Below are positions 36,221 to 49,531 of a DNA stretch of 64,000 nucleotides, piece after piece (positions within the stretch are counted from its first letter, which is position 1; each line of letters opens with the position of its first letter). The notes under the pieces were generated by a model that had not been told where the DNA came from, searched no databases, and saw nothing but the letters and a program-made list of their open reading frames with translations. The DNA is from Geosiphon pyriformis uo1 (lineage: Eukaryota > Fungi > Glomeromycota). The stretch is from assembly GCA_016748015.1 (NCBI GenBank), contig JAAOMT010000436.1, positions 300,703-364,702 of the forward strand, read 5' to 3'. The position numbers were made by a program, and so were the translations under genes.

Positions 36221-36282
36221 TTTTGGATGGTGTTTGTTGGTGCTAGTTCTCTGTAGGATTATATCTTACAGGGAGCACCAAA

Positions 36283-37185
36283 TGTTACAGATGATTACTT
36301 CTGGGTGGGAATAAATAACAAACTCATAATTTGGTGCTCAAAAGCTATCTTGATTTCTGTTGATATTGGTATTGATAATCTGAAGGTTTTGATATCTGAA
36401 AGTTTTGGGTTGAGTTCTTTGTATAATGAACAGAGATTCAATTGTAATTGTAATAGTCTTCAGAATCACAATTCCGTCCAATTTCTTTCTCAGCATAGAA
36501 GCCAGATTTATTCTGGCAGTTGTGCCCTTCTGGTAAACTATTCAATAATATATAAAATTCTACACTTATTTCTGGGTCTTTTATCAGGCTATCTATGATG
36601 TCAATAACTCAGTGCTTTTAATTCTTAATCAATTAGTATAAAACAACAAAGCAAAGACAGAAAAAAAAAGAAAAAAAAGAAAGCAAATAATATGAAATAA
36701 AGCAAATAAGCCAAGGCAATTCTGATTCATATTCTGTCAATAGCCATAATCAAGAGCTATTGTTCCAATATGGTTAAGTATCAGTTACTATCAACATGAA
36801 GTGTTGATAGTGAAGAAGGAATTTGATATAGTGAATAATTATTTTATTTGAGAATTGTGGTAACTAAGCTAAGAATTCTTGGTGTTGATTCTGTTTTTTC
36901 TGCTTCTAATGCTACTGCTATATATATATATTTGATATTTCTCAATTTCTCAATTTCTTGCAACAGGAATCCTGAAATTCCTGGAATTCTGCGATTCCTG
37001 ATGAAAGGAATCCTGGGATTCTGGAATTCTGCGATTCCTTGTCGGAGAATCCTGAAATTCCTGGAATCCTGCAATTCCTTTGAGAGGAATCTTGGAATTC
37101 CATATTTACTACATCTACATCCCATTGGTTAATATCTACTGACTAATAATAATAATACTATATTTTCTATATTCTATGAGTAACA
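36283..37185 (-). repeat. 5' LTR of B3
   Basis: Matches 26970-27895; followed on the minus strand by TT + PBS. Confidence 0.95.
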
Positions 37186-40100
37186 ATGGGTTAATTCAAC
37201 TATTAATAAGTCTATAATTTTTACCAGTTATATTGGTTTGGAAAAAAAATGAAAAAATTTGATTTTGCATGGATTACTGAAAACTAAATGGAATAACAAA
37301 AGGAGATAGCTACTCAATCTCAAAGATCCAAGAACTTTTTGATGTATTTGGAGGAAAGAAATGGTTTTTAACATTAACTTAAATAGTGGTTACTGACAAG
37401 TAGCCATAAAACCAGAAGATAAAAAGAAAACAGTATTTACAACTCGAGAAGAAAATTTTGAATTTGATAATATGTCTTTCAGCTTAATAAATGCTTCAGC
37501 CACCTTCTAATGGCTAATAGAAATTGTTTATAGAAGACTATTGTGGAAATCAGTAGTTGTGTATTTAGATAACATTAATGTATTTTCAAAAACATTCAAT
37601 GACTATCTTTATTATTTACAATAAGTGTTTGAAAGACTGAAACAAGCAGAATTAAAGTTAAATACTACTAAGTGCTTCTTTGAAAAAACAAAGTTGAAAT
37701 TTTTGGGACACATAGTGAGCAAAAATAGAATCAAAACAAATTTAGACAAAATTAAAATAGTTAAAAACTTTTCAATACTAACCAACTTGATAGAACTAAG
37801 AGCATTCTTGGAATTCACAGGTTACTACTGCCACTTTATTAAAAACTTTTCCAAACTGGCTCAACCATTTTACCAGCTTCAAACCAAGAATGTCAAATAT
37901 AAGTGGGCAGAAACCCAGCAAAAAGCTTTTGATATATTGCAAAAAAAGCTTATTCAAGTACCAGTACTAATCTATTCAGATTACAACAAATTATTTATCA
38001 TCATCACTGATGTATTAGGTCAAGCATTAGGAGCTATACTATCTTAGAGAAAACTGGATAAAAGAGAACATCCAGTAGCATATGCTAGCTGAAGTTTGAG
38101 TCCAGCAGAAAAAAACTATGGAATACTAGTGCTAAAACACTTAGCTATTTATTAAGCAGTCATTAAATAGAAAAAATATTTAAGCCAGAAGTTTGATGTA
38201 TATACTAATCACAAGAGTTTAACTTCAATCCAGAAACAAAAATTTGGAGACAATTACTATATAAGATAGAAAATAAAGCTTTTACTATTTAATTATATAG
38301 TACATTATAAAAAAAGAAAAAAAAAAGAAAATGCCAACAGTTTGTTACAAATGAAACAAATCTAAGAACATTTCAACCCAAAAATATAACAAAAAATAAA
38401 CACACAAAAATATTAACAACTCCAATAATATATTGATACCCAATTGTTTAAGAAGAAATTATCTCAAAAAGAGTAAAGCAACATAAAACAACAATTTAAA
38501 TATATTATCAACTACAAAAATATATTATATCAAAAAACCAGAAAGGATCCAGACCAACCATTCAGAGTAATTACAGAACCAGAAAAAAAAACAATACTAT
38601 TCAATATGCACTTAGATCTAACAGCAGGATATTTTTATAAAGAAGCAATCATAGAAAAAACCAGAAAAAGATACTATTAACCATCAATGTATCCAGATAT
38701 TATCCAATATGTTCAAAATTGTGATGCTTGTCAGAAAAGAGAAGAAATAAGACCCAGTAAGCCATTAAGACCAATTAAAGTAAGACAACCATTTAATTGC
38801 ATTGGAATTAACTTAGTTGGATTACTAATAATTACCAACAGAAGAAACAGATATATTGTAGTAACTATAGACTATCTTATAAAATGGCCAAAAGCAAAAA
38901 CAATTCAAAGAGCAGATGCAGAATTCATAGCCAAATTCATTTATCAAAACTTAATATGTCGACACAGATGTCTAAAAGAATTGTTATTAGACCAAAGAAC
39001 TTACTTTGTAAACAGAACATTGGCAGAATTAAGTCAAAAATTTGGAATTAAATGACTATTATTATTACCATATCATCCACAAACCAATGGCTTAGTTAAA
39101 AGATTCAATAGAACACTGTGTGAAGCAATTACTAAAATCAGTCAAAAAAACCAGAATAAATGGGATTTATTTATATCATCAATATTATTTGCTTATTGGA
39201 CAATAAAGCAAGACACTATATAAACAACATTATTTGAATTAGTATATGATAGAACAGCAATACTACCAGTTAAAATAAAAGTCAAGACATATTCAACTGA
39301 ACCAATAACAAAAGACAATTTCCAAAAAAAATTGTTAAGAAGAACATATAACTTAATAAAAACTCTAGAAAACAAATAGTAAAAAACAGCTAATAACATA
39401 TAAAAATTACAAAAAAAACAAAAAAAAAGACACAATAACCAATTATCAGATAAACTAGTTAAATTCAGGATTGGAGACAAAGTACTCTTATATCATACCA
39501 AAGTGAAAAAACAATGAAGTGGAAAATTTGATTCCAAATAGAATAAACCATTTCACATAGAAGAAATTCTGGAAAATAAAGCTTATAAATTAAGATAAAA
39601 CAACAAAATCTTAACCAAAGCAACACATAGTGATTGACTAAAATCTTATCACAATATAATATCATCATCTACCAATGATATTTTACAATTGGGAGTACAG
39701 AAAATACTAGTTTAACCAAAAAAAATTTCATGAGATCTAGAACCAATAATAATCATTGACACAAACACATCAAATTGAAACATTAAAACTCTATATAAGG
39801 AGTCAAATGTGACAAAAGATATCAAAAAAATGGAAATTACTGATGACATTCACACACTAGTTCAACAACTTTTCCAATTGATTTAATAACAACATATGAA
39901 AATCATAATTAATTAAAAAATCATTCAATATAAAGATATAAAGAAGAAATCCCAAAATGAAATACAAAGAAAACCAGAAAACATTATTGACAAGATAATC
40001 ATAAAAGTGAAATTGGGAATAAAAAAACAAACAAAAATTATATCATACCAAAAGTTAACAAAAGAAATATGGAATTAGTGAATACATCAATTTCCAAAAA

Positions 40101-40461
40101 ACTTTTGTTATTTCTATTTGGAACAATATTTGAATATTCAAAACTTATATATGAATAAAACAAAACAATTATTTGACACAACAATACTATAACAACTTGA
40201 GCAATTTATGAGAAAGACAATCTAATAACACAAGCATAAGCCATTTATTGATTACATACTGGATTTTAAGACTGACCAGAAATATTACTTAATACAGTAA
40301 TGAACACAGTTACCACTAATCAAATAGGTAAAATGACCAATGCCCAATTTAAAAAATTACAAACCAAAATAACACAAATAATTCTTGAAAAAAAAGTCCA
40401 AGAAATAATCAAGAAAGAAGAATTAAGAGAGTTTAAGAATCTTGATAAAGCTCAATATTAA
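37186..40461 (+). pseudogene. B2 RT-RH continuation, integrase and ORF3 (heavily decayed)
   Basis: LDN|GLIQ continuity across B3; colinear with B3 27909-31210. Confidence 0.9.
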
Positions 40462-40475
40462 AAAAGAGAGAATAA

Positions 40476-41342
40476 TGTTACTCATAAAATATAGAAATAA
40501 TAGTAGTATATATATTAGTCAATCAGATATAGATGTAGTAAAATATGGAATTTCAAAATTTCTTTTAGAGAAATTACAAGATTCTTATATGAGAAATCAC
40601 AAGATTCCAGAATTCCAGAATTTCTCTTAAAGAATTGCAGGATTTTTGGCAGGAAGAATTGAAGAATTGAGGAATCTCAAATATGTATATATAGCAGTAG
40701 AATTAGAAGCAAAAAAGACAGACCTCTTAGTTTGGATTTCCCTTTCTATCTATTTCCTAATTGCTTCAAGAATAGTTTATATTTGCTGAAGTAAAATTAT
40801 CAAATTATCAATAAAAATACTTATCTACATCCAATTTATGCTGTTATCATTTGATTGAGAAATATTCATCAAACTCTAACTATTAACACTTTATGTTGAT
40901 AGCTGTTGATACTTAACTATACTAGAACAATAGCTTTTAATCATGGCTATTGATGGGATACTAACTTAATTGTTTTGGCTTAATTTTTTTATTTTCTTTT
41001 GTTTGTTTTTTGTTGTTTACTAATTGATTAAAGATTAACATACAGAATTATCAATGTCAAAGGGACTGGTAAAAAATCTGTAAAACAAGAGTAGAATACT
41101 CACAAAATTAAAGATAGCTTATTAAGAGGATTATTGGCCACTACACTGAGAAAAAAATTCGATGGAATTGTGATTTTAAGAGACTACTAAAACAACCATT
41201 AAATCTTTGTCTATTATACAAAAAACTTAACTAAAACTTTCAGATCACTACAATCTTCAGATATTACCATCATAATTAGCTATTAAGCATTAAGTTACAG
41301 GTTTGTTATTTGCTTTAAGACCCCAAAAAATTATTTATAACA
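40476..41342 (+). repeat. 3' LTR of B2
   Basis: PPT AAAAGAGAGAATAA then TGTTACTC...TATAACA. Confidence 0.9.
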
Positions 41343-44090
41343 TTATATATTTTCAAAATATTTAATAAAAGTATTTTTGTTATTTTGAAAATAATCTTAA
41401 TAAAAATAATATTAATGTAGTACTAGTTTTAAAAATATTTAAATTTAAATTTAGTTGATTTTTTAATTAATAATTCATTTATAAAAGTTTTTATTTAAGA
41501 AAACTTTAAGAATATTAAGAACAATTAATTATATGTTTATATTTTTTAATCTTATTAATACAATAACCAATTAGAAAATTTTAGGTATAAAAAAGTTTTT
41601 TAATACTGATTATTATACTGTTTTTGTTTTTATTGATCTGAATGGTTTTTTAAATATACAATTTACTTTTCTTTACAAATAAGCTAATAAAAACTACTGA
41701 AAATTCTACTTCAAAAATGCAAATATATATAAATAATTTTATTTTAAAAAAACTATACTGACAAATACTACTATGTTTAATAATAAGTTTGCTATTTCAA
41801 AAAAATTTTCAGATATAGATTTTATATAAAATATTATTTAAAAAACTATATGTTTTTTAACCAATAAATTTTTTTTAAATCTTAACACAAAAATTTTGAT
41901 GATATTTTTATCAAAGTTTTTTTTTTATTTTTACAAATTAAAAATTCTGGTTTTAAAGATTATAATTAAGTTTTAGTATTAATTTTGAGTTTTTATTTAA
42001 TTACTGGTTTTTTTTAACAGTAATAATGCTCTTTATATTTAAAAGTTTTAATTTTAAATACTAGTTTTAATGTAATTAAATCCAGATTGGCTAAAATAAA
42101 AAAGTTTTATTATATATCTAAAATTGCCAAGTTTTAAAGAACTAAAGTAGTAAAAATTAATAAAAAAATAAAAAATTGAAATTAATAAAAGTTATACTAT
42201 TAAAAACATTTTAAAATACTTTTTTTATAAAATAGTTCTAAATTATTTGGTTAATAATAAAAATTTGATTTTAAAATCTAAAAAAATCAAGTTTAAAATA
42301 AATATAATTATAAAAAATTAAACAAAAAAACAGAGTGTTTTGAATATTATTCTTAAAATATAATATTAGCAATATTTGCTATTAATTTATGTTGTTAATA
42401 ATGTTTTTTTAGAGTTATAAATATTATTAGTTTTAATAAAATATTAAACATAATCAAAAATCTGTTTAATAAAAAAGCTATAAATTTGTTTAAGATAATT
42501 AATAAACTTTAAAAATATTATAACAAATTAATTTTAAGTATGTTTTTAGATTTTTTGAATTTTTGTTTAGTGTATAAATTAGTCTTATAATCTTTAAAAA
42601 AGTATAAATATTAATAATTTTTAAGCTATATAAATAAAAAAAATCTTAATTAACATTAAGTCTATTGTTTTAATTAAGACTAATTGAAAGATTTTTTTTA
42701 AGATTTTTTTTAATAAAAGTTTTTTAACTTGTAGTAAATTTAATGTTTTTTGTAAAGATAATTTTTCAGTTCTAAAATATATTACAACACAATTTCTAAT
42801 CTTTATAATTAGTTCTGTAATAAAAAATACTTTAAAAAAAATAAGAAGCTTTAATTAATATTACAAAATATGTACAAAGTTTATAATTTAGTAAGTTGAT
42901 AGTATTTAAAAAATAGTCTAATTTAAATTAAAATGTGCAGCAAATTTATTAAATTTTTTGGAAAAATTTACAATAATTAGATTAACTATATTATAATAAA
43001 ATATAATTTAACAAGTAAATACTATATATATGATGAATTAAACCAAAAAAAAATAGTTTTTTTCTTTTATAACAAATTTTTATAATTTTTTTTGTATAAA
43101 ATTAAAAAATAAAAGAATTTATATAGCTATAAAATTGATATTAAATTTGTTATTAAGACAAAACAAGTTAAAAACCAGACTAATTTAATATTTTTTTTTG
43201 TTATTAGGGCTTTTTTTAATAACACAATTTAAATAAATAATAGTTAAATTACAACTCAGTATATTTTAAATATTATAAGTAAATTTTTTTAGGTTAATAA
43301 TATTTTAATTAATAATAACAAAACAGTAGTTATTTTTATTAAGCATAAAATTGGTGTTTTTTTATTATTAATTAGTAATTTACTAATTTTAATAATTAAA
43401 AAAAGTAAATTTTATAAATACTTAAATATTTTTTGCCAATATAATTTTAAGAAAAACTGTTTTAAACAAATAATTTTTTTATTTGGTTTTAGCTGTTTTA
43501 TAATTTATTATTAATTATAAAATACAATTTAACTTTATTTTTATAAATATATATAATAAATAAGATATTATAATCAGAAAAAGCTTGAAATTAAAAATTG
43601 ATTTGTTAATAAATTTTTCAAATAATATAATTTATTATTTTTTGTTATATAACTTAAAGTCTTTTAAACAAATACAGATAAAAAATAAAATAATATCAAT
43701 AATATGTTTTTTAAATATTAAAAACATTTTTGGCTATCTTTTTAACTATAAATTTTTTAATTTGCAGATTTTATATTAGTTTTAAAATTATTTTTTGCAA
43801 TTATTAATCTATTTGTATATTAGTTTAATAGACAATTTTTTAATTAAAATTGTAAAAATTTTTAAAAAATATAATATGTCTCTCTTAAATAATTTGTTCT
43901 TTGTTTTTTATTTAATAAATAGTATTTTAATGTTTTTAGTTATAGATAATTTAGTTTTTTATTAGTATTTCTTATTTACTTAAAAAGTTTAATATTATTT
44001 TTACTAAACAGTTATATAATAAAAAAATACATGTATTTGATTAGAAGAGTTTTTAATATTAAAAAAAGTTAGATTTTAAAGGCTTAATAA
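41343..44090 (+). mobile_element. Hypermutated 'ghost' LINE ORF2 (endonuclease to post-RT)
   Basis: Colinear with ~51880-54710, e.g. 42721-42890 vs 53281-53460 and 41570-41650 vs 52110-52190, with most C/G replaced by T/A. Confidence 0.8.
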
Positions 44091-45050
44091 TATTAGTAAA
44101 AATTAAAGCTATTATTTAATATAAAATTATTTTTATAATTTTTATTATTAATTAACATATATTATTATTTTAATTTATTATTTATCTTATTAAATCATTT
44201 AAATTATTATTTAATTAATAACTTAATTTGTATAAAACACAAATATAACCAAATTGTAATCAGATTATGTAATATTTTAAACTATATAATATTTAAAATT
44301 TGCTAAAATATTTAAAAATTTAATAAAATACTTAATAATTTACAGAAATAATTTGTAGTTTAATAAAATATATCTTTATTTACCAAAATACTAGAAAAAA
44401 AATGCTAAATTATAGAATAATACTATAATAAATTGTATAAAAAAAAGCTTTTTTTTTTAAAAAAAATGTATTTTTTACCAGATATTTTATCTTAAAATTA
44501 ATAATTTGTTACTATAAATCAATTCAATAAAATTATTTTTGAAAATTAAAAATCTTTAATTATTATTATTTCAAAATTATTTATTTTTAATTAATATTTT
44601 AAAATTAATTAACTATCAATTTTAGTAAATTGTTAGTACTTTTAGATTTGAATTTAAAATAATTTTCTTAAATATATTTCTTATTTTTTTTCTTTAGTTT
44701 TTTTTTTTTTTTTTTTTATATTAGTAAGTAGTTTACAATCAAAATTTCTTGTAAAAAAATTGATTTTTACAGCAAAATAACTATATATTATTTAAAGAGC
44801 TTATAAATTAAATTTTTTTGTAAAAAAATTAACTTTACTACAAAATAATTATACAAATAATTAATACAAAATTGGTCATTTTATTATAAATTTAATAGTA
44901 TATATAATTCAAAATATAAAAAAATACTTTGAAAAAAAATTAACTTATTAGAAGTTTATTAGTTTTTATTAATAACAAAATTAACAACAAAATATTATTA
45001 ACAATATTAAAAAAAAAGTAAAAAAACTTTTGATAATATTAATTTCAAAT
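44091..45050 (+). repeat. Hypermutated copy of the family D LTR
   Basis: Colinear with the reverse complement of ~14060-15041; right boundary uncertain. Confidence 0.7.
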
Positions 45051-45299
45051 TAATTTAATTTAACAATTAATTTTTTAAATAATATACTAGATAATTATTC
45101 TGTATTATTATTAGTTGTAAATAGTTAGTCACTTAATGTGTTTAGTTTTAATGAATTTTTTTTTAATTAAAATTAACTTATTTGGTATTAATTTAAATAT
45201 TATTGATATTTATACTAATAAATTTTTAAGTAATTTAAGTTTATTAAATATGAAAAATAATATTTTTCAGGTATTAATAATGATACAAAGATTTATATA

Positions 45300-45441
45300 T
45301 ATACATAGTATTGCTTTAATTGGTTTAAGTAGTCAGTTACATATAGCAAATGCATAAACTACATTTAGTTAGATTTACTTATTTGTTTCTGTATACTAAA
45401 TAGTAATTAGATTTTACTTGTAAAAATAAAAAAATAAAAAA
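45300..45441 (+). mobile_element. LINE 3' UTR remnant with A tail
   Basis: Similar to 56150-56290. Confidence 0.7.
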
Positions 45442-46551
45442 GTAATACTAATATGCTTTTTAATAATTTAAACTTACCAATTGATTTTAAAGTACATAAT
45501 TTGATTTTTTCTATATTAATCAAACTACAGACTATTGTTTTGTTTTTAAAGTATATTTTTTTTTAATAATATTATAATTAATTTGAATAATTAAACTGTT
45601 TTGAATATATATATCTTTAAGTTAAATTTGGTTTTACCTAATTTTTACAATTATTGTTGGTTAAAAAGACATAATATTTTGAGCATTATTAGAAATAAAA
45701 AGTTTTATGTTATTTAATTAAAAATTAAGACTTACTTAGACATATTAAACAATAAAATAATTAATAAACTGATAAATGTTATTTTTTTTTCAAATCTAAT
45801 ATTATCAATAGATATTTAAAAAAAATTCAATATTTTGTTTATAATGTTTTTAAATTAGTAATAAATATATTAAAAAATTGAATTTAACACAAAAGTTTTA
45901 AATAAAATTTGCTTAAAAATATTAATTAGATTCAATTATTTTTTATCTGATATTTTAATTTTTATATGACAGCTGATTTTATATTTTATTTTATAAAATA
46001 TTTATATTATTACTTATTTATTGTTATTTATAAGTAACTATATAATAGATTTTATTATAGTATTTTGTGTTTTTTTTGTAATAATATTAAGTTTTTTAAT
46101 TATTTTTTTCTTGTAAAATGGATTTTAATATTTATATTTAGTTATTAAATTTATATATTATATTGTAAAAATTAATGTTTAGCTTATATATATTTATATT
46201 ATATATATTATAAATATTTTTATTATATATATTTAATTATGTTTTGTGTATAGTTCTTGGTAAACATTTTGTTTTTAAAAAATAATTTTAGAAATTTTGC
46301 TTTGTTTTTAGAAATTCCAAATTAATTATCAATAAAATTATAAACTTTGTTTATAGTTTTAAAATAATTTATTAAAATAAAATTTAACTGATTTAAATAA
46401 AACATAGAATGATTTTAAAAAAAATGATTTAATATTCTATAATAATTTAGTGCTATTTATTATTGGTGGTTTTTTTTTAATAAAATTATAAAATTGCTTG
46501 AAATTGTTAACACTTTTAAAATTTGCTTTAAAATACATAATAGATATTTGG

Positions 46552-48845
46552 TTTTTTTTTTTTTTTATTAAAGTTTAATAAATGAGGCCCAAAAACTACC
46601 TAGAACAATACATCAAACTAAATAATTTAAACTAGGTATTAATTATGTATTTTTTATATGTAATCAGCCACTTGAACCAATTAAGGACATACTATGCTGA
46701 TGCTATAAAAAAAAACTTATCTAAAGACAACATCTTTTGAATGACAGAAAACAAAGTAGCACAGCAAGAAACTAATCCAACTAGCTATTTAGCAGTTTTA
46801 AAGACATCAGTTTTAACATCAACAGACTTATGCTTCCAAAGAAACATCAAATTGGAAAACATTTCATTATTTACAATAGGCAGAAGTTCTGAATTACCAA
46901 ATATATTAGTATTCTTCATACAACACTTCTTTTTTAAAAAAATCATCTCTCTCTCCAACTTATTAACAATTTTACTAAAAAAACTCATATGCACCAAAAC
47001 TTCATTGACTTTAAGGCCAAGTGTACTGCTTAAGACCAAATCCTTATTAATAAATTATTCAAACAACTTGACCAAAGAACCAACTGGTTTAATAATAGAC
47101 TTAACCAAAGCAGAAAACTTAGACAAATCAGATTCCAAAGAAGACAATCAAAACAGTACCAAAGAATTACCAACAGCAACTGGAAAAAAGGTGAAAGGTG
47201 ACAAAAGTAGAAATCTAGAGGAGCCCAGAGAAGCAGAAGCCTTAATGTATAACTTAGAACCAACAAAGTATGGTGTAAACACCTTAGAAGACTTGAGAAA
47301 GGAAGATGAAAAACCTTATAGTCCACAGCCAAATGGCCCAATTCTTGATACTTAAAACAATGCTGACAACCAGAAGTCTCTTATCAAATACAGCACTTTT
47401 TTAGTGTATTAGTTTTGACAACAGCAGAATTTAAATCAGCTTGAGAACTAAATGTAACCAGAGCAAACTGGAAACAATAACCAGACTTAAAAAACCAAAG
47501 AATAAAACATGTCCAACTACCAACTTGAGAAATCATATTACTAATTTCAAAAGCTGTGCATCCAAAAAAAAGATTGACCAACTTGGCCTTAAACTTATTA
47601 CAAGACAAAATAGTCTCATTTTAATTCACCAAAGGGAGGATTTTAATACTATTCTTGTTCACTAAGACTAACCAATAATTCAAAGCAGATACAGCAGAGT
47701 CCAACTTCTTAAAATAAATTATCACATACTGCCAAATGTCAGCAGGCTTTAGCACAACATAAGTAACACCACCAAACACATTGAGAGCTGTCTTAATATT
47801 AGTAGCAAATACACCCAAGGGCACATCATTCAGCACAACAGCAGCAGAAGAGGAACCAGACTCAGAAACCACCAAAGACTTGATAATTTTGAAGATAGCC
47901 AAATGTACAGAGTTTGTAAGCTCAACTAAAAATACAGCTTCCAGAGACATTTAAGAAGCAAATTCTACACAAAACAGCTTTATATTGTCTTTTGATATTA
48001 ATTTTGCACCCAAAAAACCATGTACTAACTAAAAAACAGCCTTAATATAAACCAATTTAATCTTAAAAATAATACCAGGCACCAGAGTAGAGACCACCCA
48101 CCTAGCAAACCTTTGACAACTAGCAATAGTTTTCCAAGCATCACCAGTGACAGCACCAAAACCAGAAAAGAAGATGATTTAGTTTCTATCTGATCAGCCC
48201 AGTTCTTAAGAACAAGTAATTCAACAGGAAATGATTACTTTGTTTCTAAAACCAGGAATGATCTGCTAAAAGACACCACATTTGGCAATACAGCCAATAG
48301 TTAATCTTTGCCTATCTTGAATAACATGTCAGATAATGCAACAAAAATTTTATCTGAAATCTTATTTGGAACCACAAAAGAATTTGGTATAACAATAGTA
48401 AAGACAAACAACTGCTTTCACTTTTCTGAACTTTTGGTCTTTTTGACCATTTTTTTTGAAAAGATAATACTAGTAGCATCAGATGTTGAAGCCAAGAAAG
48501 AGAAAACCAGCTTGTTTACTGGTCTATTATTAAAAACTTTTGGGCTCTTAGTTAGGGTAAAGGCAACACTAGAACTAATCCAAATATGTCTCTTTGAAAA
48601 AACTTTAACTGATAAAAAACCAGCCAAAGATAAGAAAGTTGCTTTAGTAGCTACCAAAAACAGCTTTTCATAATTACTAAATAAAAAGAAGACTTTTAAA
48701 ACATTCTGTCTAATTGCTTCTACAATAAAAAAAGCTTTTCTGGTTAAAATTTTATTAAATATCTCAGGAAAGATATTAAGTACAGCTTTTTTATTCTTTG
48801 CTCTGATTGTGGTCATAAAATTAAGAAGACAAAGAGTTTTTTTTT
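46552..48845 (-). mobile_element. ORF1-only non-autonomous LINE derivative (HAL1-like)
   Basis: ORF1 from 48816 with two RRM-like blocks and a decayed CCHC, stop near 46690, then directly the LINE 3' UTR and poly(A) (T-run from 46552). Confidence 0.75.
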
Positions 48846-48849
48846 AAAA

Positions 48850-49025
48850 ATATTTGTTTTTTTAAATATAAGTAATATAATTTTAGTTTATATAAACATA
48901 TAATATTGCTTTAATTGGTTTAAGTGGCTGGTTATATATAAAAAACATAATTTATATTTAGTTTAAATTATTTAATTTAATATATTGTTCTAAATAATAT
49001 TTAGACTTTATTTATAAAAAATAAT
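48850..49025 (+). mobile_element. 5'-truncated LINE 3' end remnant
   Basis: Similar to 56100-56285. Confidence 0.65.
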
Positions 49026-49531
49026 TTTTATTAAAAATTAATTTTTTTAATAATAAATTTTACAATTTAAATTTTAAAAAAACCAATTTATATTTACATA
49101 TTATATTAAAAATATTTATAATAACAAAAAAACAATAAATTTAACATAAAATTTTAAATTAACAAAAATAATTTTACTATTAAAAACCAAATATTTTAAA
49201 CTTTAATATTTATAATAATATTAATATTTAAAAAAATTTATTAAATATTAATTTTTACAATAATATTATTAAATATTTTTTTTGAATTTAACAATAATAA
49301 ATACAAAAATTTAATATTAATTATCAAAAAACTAAAAAATAAACAAATTAATTACTAATTTTAAAGACTGTAAATTAAAAAAATAATTAACTTAATATTA
49401 AAAACAATTTTTCTCTTGTCGATCTCCTGCCCATAACGAGAGCATAGTTTTTGCTGATAGAATAGCTTTTCCTTTCCTTTTTCCCTTTTTTTACTTCAGT
49501 TATTTCTCTTAATACACCCCTTTTTGTTGTC

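Larger units (their letters stand above)
26970..37185 (-). mobile_element. Gypsy family B copy B3, complete 10.2-kb element inserted in the RT of B2, TSD ATAG/ATGG
   Basis: Closely similar LTRs 26970-27895 and 36283-37185; PBS 36264-36280; PPT 27896-27910; gag-PR-Cys-dUT-RT-RH, IN, ORF3. Confidence 0.96.
20171..41342 (+). mobile_element. Gypsy family B copy B2 (probably chimeric), carrying a solo LTR and element B3 as insertions
   Basis: 5' LTR 20171-21874 (split), PBS 21877, gag-PR-Cys-dUTPase-RT to 26969, RT resumes 37186, RH stop 38363-38365, IN 38396-39778, ORF3 39830-40461, 3' LTR 40476-41342. Confidence 0.88.

Noticed and set aside
36945-37101. Regular GGAATTCC-type repeats (also 18150-18330, 14700-14830) as a CRISPR array
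   Set aside because: No unique spacers, no cas genes, eukaryotic context; they are LTR U3 tandem arrays
45480-46500. Identity of this AT-rich block
   Set aside because: Probably another erased repeat, but I found no homologue in the window
49409-49475. HDV-like ribozyme at the LINE 5' end
   Set aside because: Two hairpins are possible (CTCTTGT/ACGAGAG; AGCA/TGCT) but I could not build the nested double pseudoknot
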